Part shown: one piece after another, positions 1 through 18,850 of the stretch
How positions within the stretch are numbered: the first letter of the stretch is position 1
Layout of the letters: each line of letters starts with the position of its first letter
Assembly: GCA_964016885.1 (NCBI GenBank)
Contig: OZ024761.1
Location: 558,001 to 622,000, forward strand
Reading direction: 5' to 3'
From: Eledone cirrhosa
Taxonomy: Eukaryota
Length of the DNA stretch: 64,000 nt
Program-made: the position numbers and the translations under genes
Notes under the pieces: generated by a model
Seen by the model: the letters and a program-made list of their open reading frames with translations, nothing else
The model's database searches: none
Told to the model about the DNA's origin: nothing

Positions 1-175
1 GCACCATAATTTGACTTGGTGTCCTTCAAATATGTATGATGAAATAAATATGGTTTTATAAATATAGTTTCCATTTGTTAATATATCGTATTTTTACTCC
101 AATAATTTGTTGAGTGGTTTATATCAGTTATAAAAATATTTGCTTGTTGTATCCCAACAATTTAAATATAACTTC

Positions 176-180
<5 letters not shown>
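1..180 (+). mobile_element. Penelope pLTR 3' fragment with partial hammerhead
   Basis: Same family as 62540-62730 and 22460-22570; ends in (TA)n. Confidence 0.6.
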
Positions 181-273
<93 letters not shown>

Positions 274-334
274 GCTTGTTGTATCCCAACAATTTAAATA
301 TAACTTCTACATATACATATATATATATATACAT

Positions 335-691
335 CGTGTAGGTATCACGACAAAAAAAAACACAGTCCACGCTGTAATGTGGCCGTGTAGGCAACACGGT
401 AAAAACCTCCCAGTCCCACACTGTAAATGTGGTTGGTGTTAGGAAGAGCATCCAGCCGTAGAAAACCCGCCAGACAGTCCACGCTGTAATGTGGCCGTGT
501 AGGCAACACGGTAAAAACCTCCAGCCCCACACTGTAAATGTGGTTGGTGTTAGGAAGAGCATCCAGCTGTAGAAAACCCGCCAGACAGTCCTATGCGAGC
601 AAGACAACCACTCTTGCCTCAAGTGGGAAAACTCCCGTCCAAACCCATTCAAGCGTGGAACATGGACGTTAAACGATGATGATGATGATGA

Positions 692-695
<4 letters not shown>
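335..695 (+). mobile_element. SINE 3' part with internal ~114-bp duplication and (GAT)n tail
   Basis: Homologous to 31045-31282 and 50375-50646; cagtccacgctgtaatgtggcc block occurs twice. Confidence 0.75.
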
Positions 696-734
<39 letters not shown>

Positions 735-747
735 AATATATATACAG

Positions 748-821
<74 letters not shown>

Positions 822-855
822 TTTTTAAGAATAGAGGTGTAACACACGAGTTGTG

Positions 856-1092
<237 letters not shown>

Positions 1093-1156
1093 TATATATA
1101 TGTATATATATATCAATATATATATATATGTATGTATATATATATATATATATATG

Positions 1157-1222
<66 letters not shown>

Positions 1223-1284
1223 TATATATATGTATATATATATCAATATATATATATATGTATGTATATATATATATATATATG

Positions 1285-1340
<56 letters not shown>

Positions 1341-1344
<4 letters not shown>

Positions 1345-1893
1345 GGGTCGTTGGCGACTAAACTGGCAACCCCACCAAGGTTTCTTGGTGAGGAGGGTGA
1401 CTTTGGACATCCTGCAGGACTAAAAACAAGACCTGTCAAAGGGCAAAGGAGCTCTTAAGAGTCAATGGCCATCCAAAATCACAGGGAGAGATGACCCCTT
1501 AGCCTTTGTCAAGGCAGAATTCTAGGAGAAGGAAAACTCTGATATAACACCTGCAACCCTGATGGTATCCAATGATGTTGACTAGTTCTTCTTTTTGGTA
1601 AATATCATCTTGGTTAAGAGAGTGGGACTGGCTTTGTGCAGTGCCTTTGCTCACTATAAAAGCTTCACGGCACAGGCATTGCTTTATATCTGGAGATATC
1701 TCTGCACTTGTCATCACATGTACCATGGACCCAGCACTATGTGTCAATAATTGTCACAAGTGTAGTGTTTGTACCAGAGTTTTCAAGTCACTGGCTGGAC
1801 TAAAAAGTCACACTCGTTCAGCGCATCGGTAGGGGTTCTCCTACATGGATATAAAGTAGTGGCCGTACTCGAAAACGAGTTGGCAGCCACCAT
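1341..1893 (+). mobile_element. Non-autonomous RTE-derived retroposon (~550 bp)
   Basis: 3' end encodes C2H2 finger [22 protein letters not shown] typical of RTE ORF2 C-termini; inverted near-identical copy at 39695-40290. Confidence 0.65.
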
Positions 1894-1926
1894 ATATATG
1901 TATATATAAATATATATATATGTATG

Positions 1927-1995
<69 letters not shown>

Positions 1996-2339
1996 AAATA
2001 TATATAAATATATATATATGTATGTATATAAATATATATATATATGTATGTATATATATATATATATATATACATATATCAGGATACATTAACTGAGCTA
2101 TAGACGCTCGCCATTCCCTATAAATAATGTGCTCAAAGGAGAGGAAATCCTGAGCTCTTTAAAATACAATATGTTGAAAAGATAACACACTAGAGAGAGA
2201 GATGCAGTGCGCTATCAATAAAACAGGGAAAAACCACCAGTGTATGGAATCTATAACCTATGAATCTTCAAACCCACCGACTCCCACTCTTACCTCGACT
2301 TCACCTCTTCCCACCCCACACACACTAAACACTCTATTC

Positions 2340-4712
2340 CCTACTCCCAACTCCTCAGGATCCGCCGCCTCTGTAGCCGAGATGCCGACTTCGAGTCCCA
2401 GGCCCTTTCCCTAGTCAGCCATTTCATCCGCAGTGGCCCCCCCCCCCCCATCTCGTCCACACCGCTCTCACCCGCGCCCGTGCTGTCCACCGCTCCACCA
2501 CCCCTCACTCCACGCCACCGCACACCCACCCACCGTCTCCCCTTCCCCATCACCTACCACCACTCAACCTTACCCCTCCACCGCACCATCCGCCGCCTCT
2601 TCTGACGCCTCCAGTCCGACCCCTCCACCTCCCACATCTTCCCAGCCCCCACCACTCCCCTCCTTCAAACGCGCACGCAATCTCCGCACCCTCCTCGTCC
2701 ACATCTCCCTATCCCCCAACTCACGCTCTCTTCCCCCCCCCCCGGTTCCTTTCCCTGTTCTATGCCTCGCTGCAACACCTGTCCCCACATCACCAACACC
2801 ACCACCTTCCAGGGTCCCAACGGCCACTCTCTCTCTGTCCGGCATGCCTTCCGCTGCACCTCCTCCAACCTAGTCTACGGACTTCGCTGCACGGAGTACA
2901 ACGCGACTTACGTCGGACAGACTGGACGTCGCCTGGCGGACAGATTCACTGAGCACCTCCGGGATATTCGTCTCGGTGGCAGTTCCCCCATCGCCCGCCA
3001 CTTTGGTGCCCCTGGACATTCCGCACGCCATCTCACAGTCTGTGGCCTACTCCAATGCCACGGAACACCCGCCAATCTCCTCAGAGTCGAGCAACGAACC
3101 ATCTTCATCTTACAGACCCACACTCCCCCGGCCTGAACTCCCCACCCTTATTCATTTAGCCTTCGACCGCCCCCTCCCCCCACACATATCCCCCACTAAC
3201 ACCACTAACACACCCCTCCTTTTCACCGCCCACCCCACAACTAACAATACTAACACCTCCACTCCACCCCACATCCGACCACCCTTCCCCAACTAACATA
3301 CTAACATCCCTCCCTTCTTCTCCTCCCCCCCTCCTTATCACACGCAGACACCCACCGGCACATATATACACGCGCTCACACTAAACACACACCCTACTAC
3401 CACCACTAAACCCTCACCCCCACACATCCACCCCACCACCCCGCAACTAACATCACTAACACCCCCTGACCCCAAGCACACGAACACACGCACCCACTTA
3501 CACCACCCACCCTACACGCAACTAACATCACTAACACCCCCCAACCCCACGCACACGTACACACACACCCTCTTACACCACCAACTCTACACACCCTACC
3601 ACCACTGACCCCTACTCACACCCGCATTCAACCCTTTCTCCACCTCCTGTATACTAACACCCACTAACACCCCCTTCATCAAACTACACACACACCAGTA
3701 CACCACACTCCCTCCATCGACCCCCACACCCTTCTCTCCCCGCTCCACCCACACCCTTTCTCAAACACTCACTCATCCCACTAACACCTCTACTAATACA
3801 CACACACGCCCTCCTCACTCCAACTTTCACACCTACCCATCCTCGCCCCTTTACCATTCCACCCTACTGCTACTATGCCCTCTGACCACCTCCCAGCACA
3901 CACAGACACACAGCACTCCTACTGCCTTGACCACTTCCTGTTGCGCGCGCAACCCACATCTCCCCTCTTCCGACCAATCTCTTCACGGATTACTCGTATG
4001 TGGACCTTGACCCCGGAATCAACTACCATCCTAGGATTTTACTAACCATTCAACCACATCTTCTTACGGAATCACCTTTATGACTCACCCACACCGCAAT
4101 AAAAATTTTTTTCCCACACGCCACCTACACCCACAACACGCTTAAACACCACACACACACGTGCATTCCCCCACATATTTACACATTCAGCCTCCGGATT
4201 CCTCTCCCCCCACCCCTCTATCCACACACGCACACACACTCCGACCTACACCCCACCCCACACACACCTCTTCCTGAACATGCAACCCCGTTCTTCCCCC
4301 AACCCTTGCTTTCACATACACACACACACACACACACACACGTACACCTACACACACACACCACTTTCAGCCCTCCCCGCTCGGACACCCCGTCTCCCTC
4401 TCCCCACCCCACCCGCTACCACCCCTACACACCCCACACCCTTCCACCACCTGTTTTACCCCATTTTAATTTTATTTTGATCATGCTTTCATTTTTAATT
4501 TCATTTGCACCGTTTCCTCCCACCCCCTTTTTGCTATATGTCTCTCCACCACTCCCATACACACCCTTTGAACTCTCTTCCCACACACTTTTCACCTGAA
4601 GAAGGGCTTATGCCCGAAACGTCGTTCCCCACCACCACCCCACTCTCAAGAGCGTGAAATTAATAAACATTCGTTGTACTGCCTCTCTGTTTTGTTCCTG
4701 TTCAAATTTTCC
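2340..4712 (+). mobile_element. Penelope-like element (Neptune-type), 5'-truncated: GIY-YIG, C-rich 3'UTR, pLTR
   Basis: FKRARNLRTLLV..C..PRCNTC..NLVYGLRC..TYVGQTGRRLADRFTEH..E (2762-3136); CTGAAGA-gggcttatgccc-GAAAC at 4596-4620. Confidence 0.9.
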
Positions 4713-4714
4713 AT

Positions 4715-4748
<34 letters not shown>

Positions 4749-4749
4749 C

Positions 4750-4788
<39 letters not shown>

Positions 4789-4835
4789 AATATTTATATA
4801 TACATACATAAATATATATATATATATATACATAC

Positions 4836-4921
<86 letters not shown>

Positions 4922-5390
4922 TTAAATATATATATGTATGTATATGTTTTATATTTTACTCTTAATTCGGCCGGAGATTTACATTCCCATTTGCCCTTTT
5001 AAGCATAACTTTCCGTATTTACTACGGTTACGAGATGCGGTTTCTTATTCAGGTACAACCTCTGATTTTAGCCTAAGAAAATATCTATATGCGTGTGTAA
5101 TTTATACACGCATATATTTATTTTTTTTATTTCAATTGAGTTCTTAACACGTTGGATTGATAATGTTTTCGAAAAAACTGATTAACCCGCGTGTATATTA
5201 TTATTTTTTTTCCTCCTTTCGTGAATCGTAGCTGTCTCCCCTTCCGCTTAGTGACGCTATGATACTTCCTCAGTGAAAAACTGCTGGAATTTCAAATTTG
5301 CCGGTCATTCGATGCGGGAAGGAGCAACTTAACAGACACGATTTTTAACTCTGGTAAGAAATGGTTTTCTTATATCAAAGTTTAATGGGC

Positions 5391-5515
5391 TTCCACTGAT
5401 GATTTATAAACGCCCACCTAAATATATTCTTACATGAATGTATATTAGGCTTCTGCATAAACTGGAAATATTCTCCGAATTTGTAGAAAACTTATAATGA
5501 AACAATTGTTTGGAA
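5391..5515 (+). ncRNA. Type I hammerhead ribozyme with 96-nt branched stem II
   Basis: ttcca-CTGATGA-[96 nt]-GAAAC-aatt-GTT-tggaa; second copy 44627-44751 (element 5333-5700 = 44569-44935). Confidence 0.75.
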
Positions 5516-5701
5516 AGAGAGATATATTTTAACTTTAATTATATCTCGTAAAATAATACAACTGGCTTTTCCACATAATACATATTGTTAGCACCCCAAA
5601 CACTTAAATTGGGTTTATATTAAAATATAACCTAATGTTTGTTGAGTGAGATGGTTACCAGTCAGAGATTAGCTTTAAACTATCTCTGTTATTGTATTAA
5701 T

Positions 5702-5770
<69 letters not shown>

Positions 5771-5776
<6 letters not shown>

Positions 5777-6221
5777 TTTCGTATCTCCAAGGAAATACGG
5801 TTTTAGGAAGCCGTGGCTATGCAAACACCGGGGGGGCTAATGCCTTCTGGTGATGTCCAGGAAAAGCAAGGGGACAACCGCGAAATCCTATTTCTTTTTT
5901 ATTATAATTGAGCCAACTTATGCAGCTTCATATGCAAATGAAATTAATCACCTCATTTACACAGACGAGAAATGTATATATTCTCGGCTGTCTTCTAGTC
6001 CAGCAATTGCAAGCAATGGGAGGGACCGTCCTGACGCAGGGCAGTTAAGCCTGAAATGCATAGACGGTTGTTCCCCTTGCTTCTGCTTGACATCACCAGA
6101 GGGCGTTAGCTCCCTCCGCCCCCAGTTTGCATAGCTACGGCTTCCTAAAACCGTATTTCCTTGGAGATACGAAATATTTATACATATTGTATAAAGCTAT
6201 GCTTGAAGCGAAATCCTATTT

Positions 6222-6224
<3 letters not shown>
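5771..6224. mobile_element. Fold-back HHR cassette; 328-bp monomer with terminal redundancy
   Basis: Arms 5771-5880 and 6065-6181 inverted; gcgaaatcctatttctt at 5880 and 6208; HHR 6026-6067 ccgtc-CTGACGC..GAAA-tgc-ATA-gacgg. Confidence 0.75.
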
Positions 6225-6260
<36 letters not shown>

Positions 6261-6310
6261 TAAACGGACGGTAGTCCGTTTAGTAATATTGTTGTGGTCG
6301 TGTTTTCGTT

Positions 6311-6352
<42 letters not shown>

Positions 6353-6357
<5 letters not shown>

Positions 6358-7389
6358 GGAATAGAATGAAACGAAATTTCATTTCTCACTCTTAGTACGG
6401 CACTTACTTAAATGTACGAATGTATGTATACGTACATACATATATGTATACAGACGTACAGTAGTATGTATATATATACATACATGCACACACATATATA
6501 TATGCACGTATCGGTTTACCGAACATTTATTATAATGCTCGGTTTGTTTGTTTGTAAACAAACAAACAGCCCGAATTACGCCGTACAGTGTTTAGGCAAC
6601 CACGGCACTTTTTTGTTCAACACTGACACAGGAACGATGTACTAGTTTCAAGCTTATTAGCTATCGTCAGCATCGTATACCTTCCTGCCAGATGGTTGAA
6701 CGTCTGAAAGTATATACTTTCCTTATGTATATTAACGGCTGAGCAGCCTAATTTGCATATTCAGTGAGTTCAGTCGGCTGGGCACACCGAAAACGATAAA
6801 TGGAATAGAATGAAACGAAATTTCATTTCTCACTCTTAGTACGGCACTTACTTAAATGTGAGTATGCATGTATGTATACGTACATACATATATGTATACA
6901 GACGTACAGTAGTAGGTATATATATATACATACATGTACACATATATATATATGCACGTATCGATTTACCGAACATTTATTATAATGCTCGGTTTGTTTG
7001 TTTGTAAACAATAGTTTTCGGTGTGCCCGGCCGACTGAACTCACTCGATATGCAAATTAGGCTGCTCAGCCGTTAATATGCATAAGGAAAGTATATACTT
7101 TCAGACGTTCAACCATCTGGCAGGAAGGTATACGATGCTGACGATAGCTAATAAGCTTGAAACTAGTACATCGTTCCTGTGTCAGTGTTGAATAAAAAGG
7201 TGACGCGGTTGCCTAAACACTGTACGGCATAATTCGGTGTTTGTTTGTTTACAAACGAACAAACCGAGCATTATAATAAATGTTCGGTAAACCGATACGT
7301 GCATATATATATGTGTGCATGTCTGTATATATATACATACTACTGTACGTCTGTATACATATATGTATGTACGTATACACACATACATA

Positions 7390-7392
<3 letters not shown>
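6353..7392. mobile_element. Retrozyme-like 444-bp tandem unit plus inverted arm
   Basis: 6353-6796 repeated at 6797-7011, inverted at 7014-7392; HHRs 6635-6675 (-) and 7133-7173 (+); no ORF. Confidence 0.8.
7133..7173 (+). ncRNA. Minimal type I hammerhead ribozyme
   Basis: cgatg-CTGACGA-tagctaataagctt-GAAAC-ta-GTA-catcg; palindromic ACTAGT stem III. Confidence 0.9.
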
Positions 7393-7486
<94 letters not shown>

Positions 7487-7592
7487 CGCTTGGTATATTG
7501 ACATCTGCCCTGCGGCAGATAGAATTTGGGTTTATTCGTATATATATATATATTTATATATATATATAAAGAAATATATCTATATAAAATAA

Positions 7593-7655
<63 letters not shown>

Positions 7656-8172
7656 TGTGTGTGTGTGTATATATGTGTATATATATATATGTGTGTGTCT
7701 GTGTGTATATATATATATATTCGTATACAGTAATATGCATGTAAAGGAATGTACATCACATATATATATATATGTTTGTGTATATATATGTGCGCGTGTA
7801 TTAATATATATATATATATATATATATACACACTTGCAAATATATATATATATATATACACACACATGGCAGGGAGTTGTTTAAATGAATGTATATGAAG
7901 GTGTAATGTATATATTATAAGCAAGGCGGAAGAGACTTTGGTGAAAATAGAAAATAGCTGGAGAGGGAGAATTGATTCAGCGTTGGGAGTTTCTTTCTCA
8001 AAGCTTCTTTTCAAAATGCTAACATTAAAGAATTTTATCGGAAAGAGTTGTCACAGGAAAGATGATAGGCAGAGATTGGGGAGGAGGGGGATATATACGT
8101 GTGTGTGTGTGTGTGTTAAGACTAGATAGATATGATGGAGACTAGATGGAGAAATAATGTGTGTGCGTGTGG

Positions 8173-8587
<415 letters not shown>

Positions 8588-8589
8588 TA

Positions 8590-9105
8590 TAAGTATGTAC
8601 ACGTACATACATATATGTATACAGACGTACAGTAGTATGTATATATATATACATACATGCACACATATATATATATGTACGTATGGATTCACCGAACATT
8701 TATTATAATGCTCAGTGTGTTTGTAAACAAACATCCCGTATTAAGCCGTAGTGTCCAGCAACCATCGTTGCTTGTACATATATATATGTGTGTGCATGTA
8801 TGTATATATATATACATACTACTGTACGTCTGTATACATATATGTATGTACGTGTACATACTTATATTTAAGTAACAGCCGTACTAAGAGTGGGAAATGA
8901 AATTTCGTTTCATTTTTTCCGTTTATCGTTTTCGGTGCACTCGGTCGATTAACCCACCCGATATGCAAATTGGGCTACTCAGCCGTTAATATGCATAAGG
9001 TAAGTATATACGTTCAACAATCTGGCAGGAAGGTATACGTTGCTGACGATAGCTAATAAGCTTGAAACTAGTACAGCGTTCCTTTGTCAGTGTTGAACAA
9101 ACGAG
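8590..9105. mobile_element. Diverged, permuted fold-back copy of the 444-bp unit
   Basis: Inverted arm 8590-8770; forward arm reads through the monomer junction; HHR 9038-9078. Confidence 0.75.
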
Positions 9106-9112
9106 CAATAAT

Positions 9113-9303
9113 GATTATTTCTGAAGACAGCATATATATGTGATGGTATGTATATTCTCCTTGATAGTTTGTATAATTTTGTACATAGATCTTTTGAATA
9201 TGCATGCCAATTCTAACACATATATGTCCTAGAAACGATCGTTAAATAATGAACTTTTTTTGTTTAATATAAGGAACAGTTTCTTTGTTTTATTCATTAT
9301 TTT

Positions 9304-9350
<47 letters not shown>

Positions 9351-9793
9351 TAAATCTACCAAGAGTTTACGGTAGTGTCCAATCCGTATGAAGAACTCAA
9401 TGTAATCCGGATATCATGGAAAGAAGAGATGCATTCAAAAATCACTTTCGGTGAAAGATAAACGGAATACAGAGTCAAGATAAAGTATTAAAAAAAATAA
9501 TGAATAAAACAATGAAACAGTTCCTTATATTAAACAAAAAAAGTTCATTATTTAACGATCGTTTCTAGGACATATTTAACATTATTTCTGAGGACGGCAT
9601 ATGTATGTGTTGGTATGTATATTATATTTGATAATTTGTATAATTTTGTATAATTTTGTACATAGATCTGTTGAGTATGCATACCAATTCTAACACATAT
9701 ATGTCCTAGAAACGATCGTTAAATAATGAACTTTTTTTGTTTAATATAAGGAACTGTTTCATTGTTTTATTCATTATTTTTTTAATACTTTAT
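9113..9793. mobile_element. Long-stem-II HHR cassettes (one single, one fold-back with tail)
   Basis: attattt-CTGA(A/G)GA-[104-114 nt hairpin]-GAAAC-gatc-GTT-aaataat at 9113-9250 and 9580-9728; inverted arm with ~130-bp tail 9348-9575. Confidence 0.8.
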
Positions 9794-11318
9794 ATATATA
9801 TATATATATATTCATACATAGAGAACAACAGAAAAAGGATGAACATATTAGAAATAGCAGCCAAAGTCCGCAAAAGAAGACAAAATAAGAAGGACTAGCT
9901 AGTAATAACAAGTCTGTATATGAAAACTGCACACCCGCATTTTTTTGTATCCCAATTTTGGATTTAAGTCAGAGAAGAGTTATCTTTCTTGCAAAATATT
10001 TCGTTTTTGTTTACATAAAATTTTCTTTTGTTTGAAAAGTTAGGGGAGGAAAAAAGAAGTTTTTCAATTTTCTCCATTTCCGGTTTTTTCTCGTGTATGC
10101 TAGAAATAGCACTCAAAGCAATAATCTATTTCGTGACAATATATATAGTTTTAACGCTAAATTATTAACAACAATATATCGTATTTGCCGGGCTATTGGA
10201 CGCACCTTCCCATAAGGCGCTCCCTCTATTTTTATTATATTTTACGTTATATTTTGAGGTTTATAGCCATTTCTATGGACCACCCAATGTTCGAAGTTTT
10301 TCACTATTTCAACGATGGTACAAGATCATGATTTCTAAATCAGAGATCGTTTCTTTAAAAAACACAAGCGTATTAAAAGTTGAAGGGATATTCACAGTGC
10401 ATAGAACTAGGAAAATCGACTGAAATTAAACTTAAAGATATACTAAAGCCTCAAACGTTTATATATATATATATGTCTCACCTAAATTAAAAAACGTACG
10501 AATTATCACAAGGAGTGTAAACAAGCTAATAAATGAAGAAGGCCACCTCAAGATTTGCACTTCCTTTAAGAAGAAATCAAACTTATGCTTACGTCGACGA
10601 CATAATTATGGTTGGAGAGGACATTCACTGAACATGACGAATCTACTAAAGACAACAGAAACGACCATCCTACCTGAAATATTATATTAGATATTAAATA
10701 TATTTCTTATACTATCATGTTTTTTCTTTAAAACGTTTAAATCTCAATATACTGTTGTTATATCATTATACTAATTATTTCTATCTCTTATTAAAAGGAA
10801 TACAAACTTAATAAAATCCGATATGTGTGTTTGTGTGTGAAGGTATAATAATATGCATGTTGACAACCAGTCAAGCAAGTTAATCTACAGTTCTACACTA
10901 ACACAGACTGCCAAAAAATAAAGTTTCCTCTTACAAACGAATGCCAAAGTGATTATGTTTCGGAAATACCGGTGTTACACTAAATATATTACCTGTGTAA
11001 CTATTTCAGTTTAGCCAGTTCAGTCATTTCAAATCGTGTTCAGAATACTTGGGATAAGAAAAAATAAACCGTTTGCCGAAGTTTCTAAATCTGTTAAAAA
11101 TAATAGCGAAATCTGTGTCCAATGTATAATAAACCATGACATTCACTGAACATGACGAATCTACAAGAGAGGGAAGACAACAGAAACGACTATCCTACCT
11201 GAAATATTATATGTTATGATATTAAATATATTTCTTTTACTATCATGTTTTTTTTCTTTAAAACGTTTGTATCTGAATAAAGTCGAGAAAACTACTATAT
11301 ACTATATTTTAGTTTTTA

Positions 11319-11510
11319 GGGCGTTGGATTGGCAGTATCGGTAGAGGGTCGGACGTCATGCGTTGACGCATAGAGTTATGGCCCTTGCCATTCTGAGTTC
11401 AAATTCCGCCGAGGTTAACTTTGCCTTTCATCCTTACGGGGTCGATAAAATAAAGTACCAGTAATGTACTGGGTAATTGTTGGCCTTGTGCCTAAAGTAG
11501 AAACAATTAT
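11319..11510 (+). mobile_element. tRNA-derived SINE family A (~190 bp)
   Basis: A/B-box-like head (tggcagtatcgg; gagttcaaa), gcctttcatccttacggggtcgataaaa body; copies at 11620-11805(-), 23321-23511(-), 25326-25513(-), 29343-29785(+, tandem), 40657-40846(+), 42703-42908(-), 57290-57475(-), 59493-59682(-). Confidence 0.85.
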
Positions 11511-13095
11511 ATTTTAGTTTTTACTTGACTTATTATTTCTATCGCTTCACATTAGAAAGAATACAGACTTAATAAAATTCTATATGAATATAGATATAAT
11601 GTGTGTGAAAGTATAATAATAATTGTTTCTACTTTTGGCACAAGGCCAGCAATTACCCAGTACATTACTGGTACTTTATTTTATCGACCCCGTAAGGATG
11701 AAAGGCAAAGTCAACCTCGGCGGGATTTGAACTCGGACCGTAAAGGGACGTAACTATGCTGCAAAGCATGGCGTCCGACTCTCTACCGACACTGCCAATC
11801 CACCAATAATAATAATAATATGCATGTTGAAAACGAGTTGGAAAAACCAAGCAAGTCAATATATAATCGTACACTAACACAGACGGCATAAAATCCCATT
11901 ACGTCTAACGAACGAATGCCAAATAGATTATGTCTCGGATATACCGGTGCCACTACTTCAGGTTACCCTTTTATAAACTCACTCCAGTCATTTCAAATCG
12001 TGTTCAGCGTACCAGGAATAAGAAAAAATAAACTATTTTTTAAATCTGCTAAAAATAGCACCCAAATCTCTCATTCTGTCTCCAATGTATATTAAACCGT
12101 GACATAGACAGATAGACATAGATAGACAGATATGTTGGTATATACATACATATATATATACATATATATATTGGTAAACGGAATAGAAAATGCTGACAAA
12201 TTGTTCACAGTTGAAAAATGGTTTAATTAGGAATAAAAGAGTATTAGTGATTGTATGGGTTAGTATTCAGTTGTGGTTTTAAGTTTTTAGGTTTTTACCG
12301 GTTGCGCATTTTCTAAATGCCTTTCAAAAATAATTTTGAGATAGAGTGTCCGTGTTGTTTGCTCTGATCTGATTAGTTTTGGGAATTCTACCTGTTTTTA
12401 TGTTAAAAAAGTGGCTCCAGCGTTACTTTGGTGTTGCAAAAATTCTTGTGGTCAAAACAATTTTGATTGGTCGGTAGAGGTCATGTGAATGTAAAAAATT
12501 GATTTTGCGCCAAGACTGTTTTTATGTTAAAAAAGTGGCTCCAGCGCTACTTGGTGTTTGCAAAAATTCTTGTGGTCAAAACAATTTTGATTGGTCGATA
12601 GAGGTCATGTGAATAAAAAATTGGTTTTGCGCCAAGATTGAGAAATGACTCTTTCACAACAAATATGTGCGTGTGTATGTGTGTGTAGTAGTAGTAGTAA
12701 GGTGTTCGATGTTGTGATAATGGTTAGCAGGGATGTGTGTCAAATGGCTATTAAGATAAGTGTGTGTGTGCGTGTGTATATAGCAGAGTAATTCGTGGTA
12801 GCAGGGATGGTCAGTAAGAATGTGTCTGAAAGCAATGGGGGGTATTTTAGCATGTCAAAAGATATTTTTCAGCTTTTGTCTTATACGGAGAAGTGTGTGT
12901 GTGTATAAGTCTCTTTGTATGTTAATGTACGCGTGTGTATATATATGTGTGTGTGTGGGGGGGGGGGGGGGGGACCAGTATTTTTCCCCCCTGGTAAAAT
13001 GGTGTACATTATTCGATTCTTAATAGAACATCAAAAATCTTAACAATAAAAGGTGTGAAATGATATTCACTATATATATATACACATACATATAT

Positions 13096-13143
<48 letters not shown>

Positions 13144-13295
13144 TTTTTTTGTGTTGCACCATAGAGCATGTGTGTTTACGTATGTCATTGTGTTTATATG
13201 TGGGTAGAGATGTGTGCTGATGTAGGTATGTATGTTGACGTATGTATGTTGTGGGTTCGTCTTAGGGAGAAGTGTTTAGACGGGGTCCGTATTTG

Positions 13296-13327
<32 letters not shown>

Positions 13328-13362
13328 GGGGGGGTATACATGTGTATATGTACATATATGTG

Positions 13363-13403
<41 letters not shown>

Positions 13404-13444
13404 ATGTATATAAATATTCGTGTAATTATACTCCATATATTCAT

Positions 13445-13560
13445 ATATAGTTGTTCCCCGGTATTCGCAGGGGTTACGGTCCTAGAGCACCCGAGAATAG
13501 TGAAAAACCGCGAACATTGGGGTTGGTCCATAGAAATGCCTATAAACCTCAAAATATAAT
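13445..13560 (+). mobile_element. Tigger/pogo-like DNA transposon terminus
   Basis: tagttgttccccggtattcgcaggggttacggtcc..aaaccgcgaa resembles Tigger TIR/subterminal sequence. Confidence 0.4.
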
Positions 13561-14108
13561 ATTTTTACCACGAACGATAACTCGTCTCTGACTTAAATCC
13601 AAATTTTGGATTAAAAAATATGCGGGTGTGCAGTTTACTAGCTAGTCCTTATTTTGTCTTGTTTTGTGGGATTTGACTGCTGTTCCGATCAAGTCCCCTC
13701 CTTGTTCTACTGTTCTCTATGTATGTATGAATCTACACATTTGAGTACGTATCCCTATAAAATTTCATTAAAAAACATGCATTATAAAAGAACTTATTAA
13801 AAAATAAAATTAAGGGAAAGAACTCCGTAAATATTAGTCTCAACGTAGTTACTTCGCTTTGTTGCAAAAAAAAACCATCCAGCCCAGCCAGCACTACTGT
13901 TCAACATGATAGCCAGTAGATAAACCGTTCAACATGGCAGCCGAGACTACTACCATGTTAAACGTTCCACTAGCCGCCCAAACAAAATGGCTACCTTATA
14001 CTAGAAATATTAGCGAAAACACTTAAACCACTTAACCTGTTTATACTGTAAAATGCAAGAAATAACCAAATGACCCTGTATACATACACAAGCACACACA
14101 CACACACT

Positions 14109-14223
<115 letters not shown>

Positions 14224-14499
14224 GGTAAACAGAAATAACAACACAATCGGTACAGTATATTGAAGGGATATATTAGGTTAACGCTTGATAGAGCAGGAAG
14301 AGGGTCTTAATGTTTCGGACGCTAGTCCTTCCTTCATCAGAAGAAAGAATGAGAAATAAGATAGATTGAGGGGACGGGCGGGTTGGGATTGGAAAAAATG
14401 TCTTTAGATAAAAATAACAGGTCCATAACATGAAGTAACTGTAGCTTCACCCAGGTGAGCACTCGATGTTTAGGTTCACGTCAGTAGCGAGGTGTAGAG

Positions 14500-14985
14500 C
14501 TAGACTTTGTTTCGTGTGGGGAGACCACAGTGGACAACAGTATTCAAGGTGTGGTCGGGCAAAAGTAGAGAAGAGAAGGATAATGGTGCGGGAATCTCTC
14601 GACTGGAAGGTTCTGAGGATCCAGGAACACATTCTGCGGGCCATGTCAACTTTGCTGCTTATATGCGTGGTCCAGCTTATGTTGCTGTCCACGGTTACTC
14701 CCAAGTCTCTGATGTTGTTAGATGCCACGAGAGTTTCCCCGGAGGGAAGGGAGTACGGGAGTTTCAGAGCATCCTCTTTTCCAAAGTGGATCAGTTCGAA
14801 TTTGTCTTCGTTCAGTAACATGTTGTTCTTTTCTGCCCATTGGGTAACAGCCAGTAGGTCTGACTGAAGGCTTATCCGGTCATCCACGCCATTGATGACC
14901 TTTTGGAGCTTGGAATCATCAGCGAAAATGTTAATGTTGCTGTGTTTGATGATGTCAGTGATGTCATTAATATAGATGATGAAGA

Positions 14986-14987
<2 letters not shown>
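14500..14987 (-). mobile_element. CR1/L2-group LINE reverse transcriptase fragment
   Basis: LFIIYINDI..FADDSKL..RDLGV..RPHLEYCCPLWSP in ORF 14447-15103. Confidence 0.9.

Positions 14988-18850
<3,863 letters not shown>

Noticed and set aside
10620-12636. Local duplications (10620-11280, 10760-12105, 12393-12636) as a functional array
   Set aside because: Diverged AT-rich duplicates with no motif or ORF that I can support
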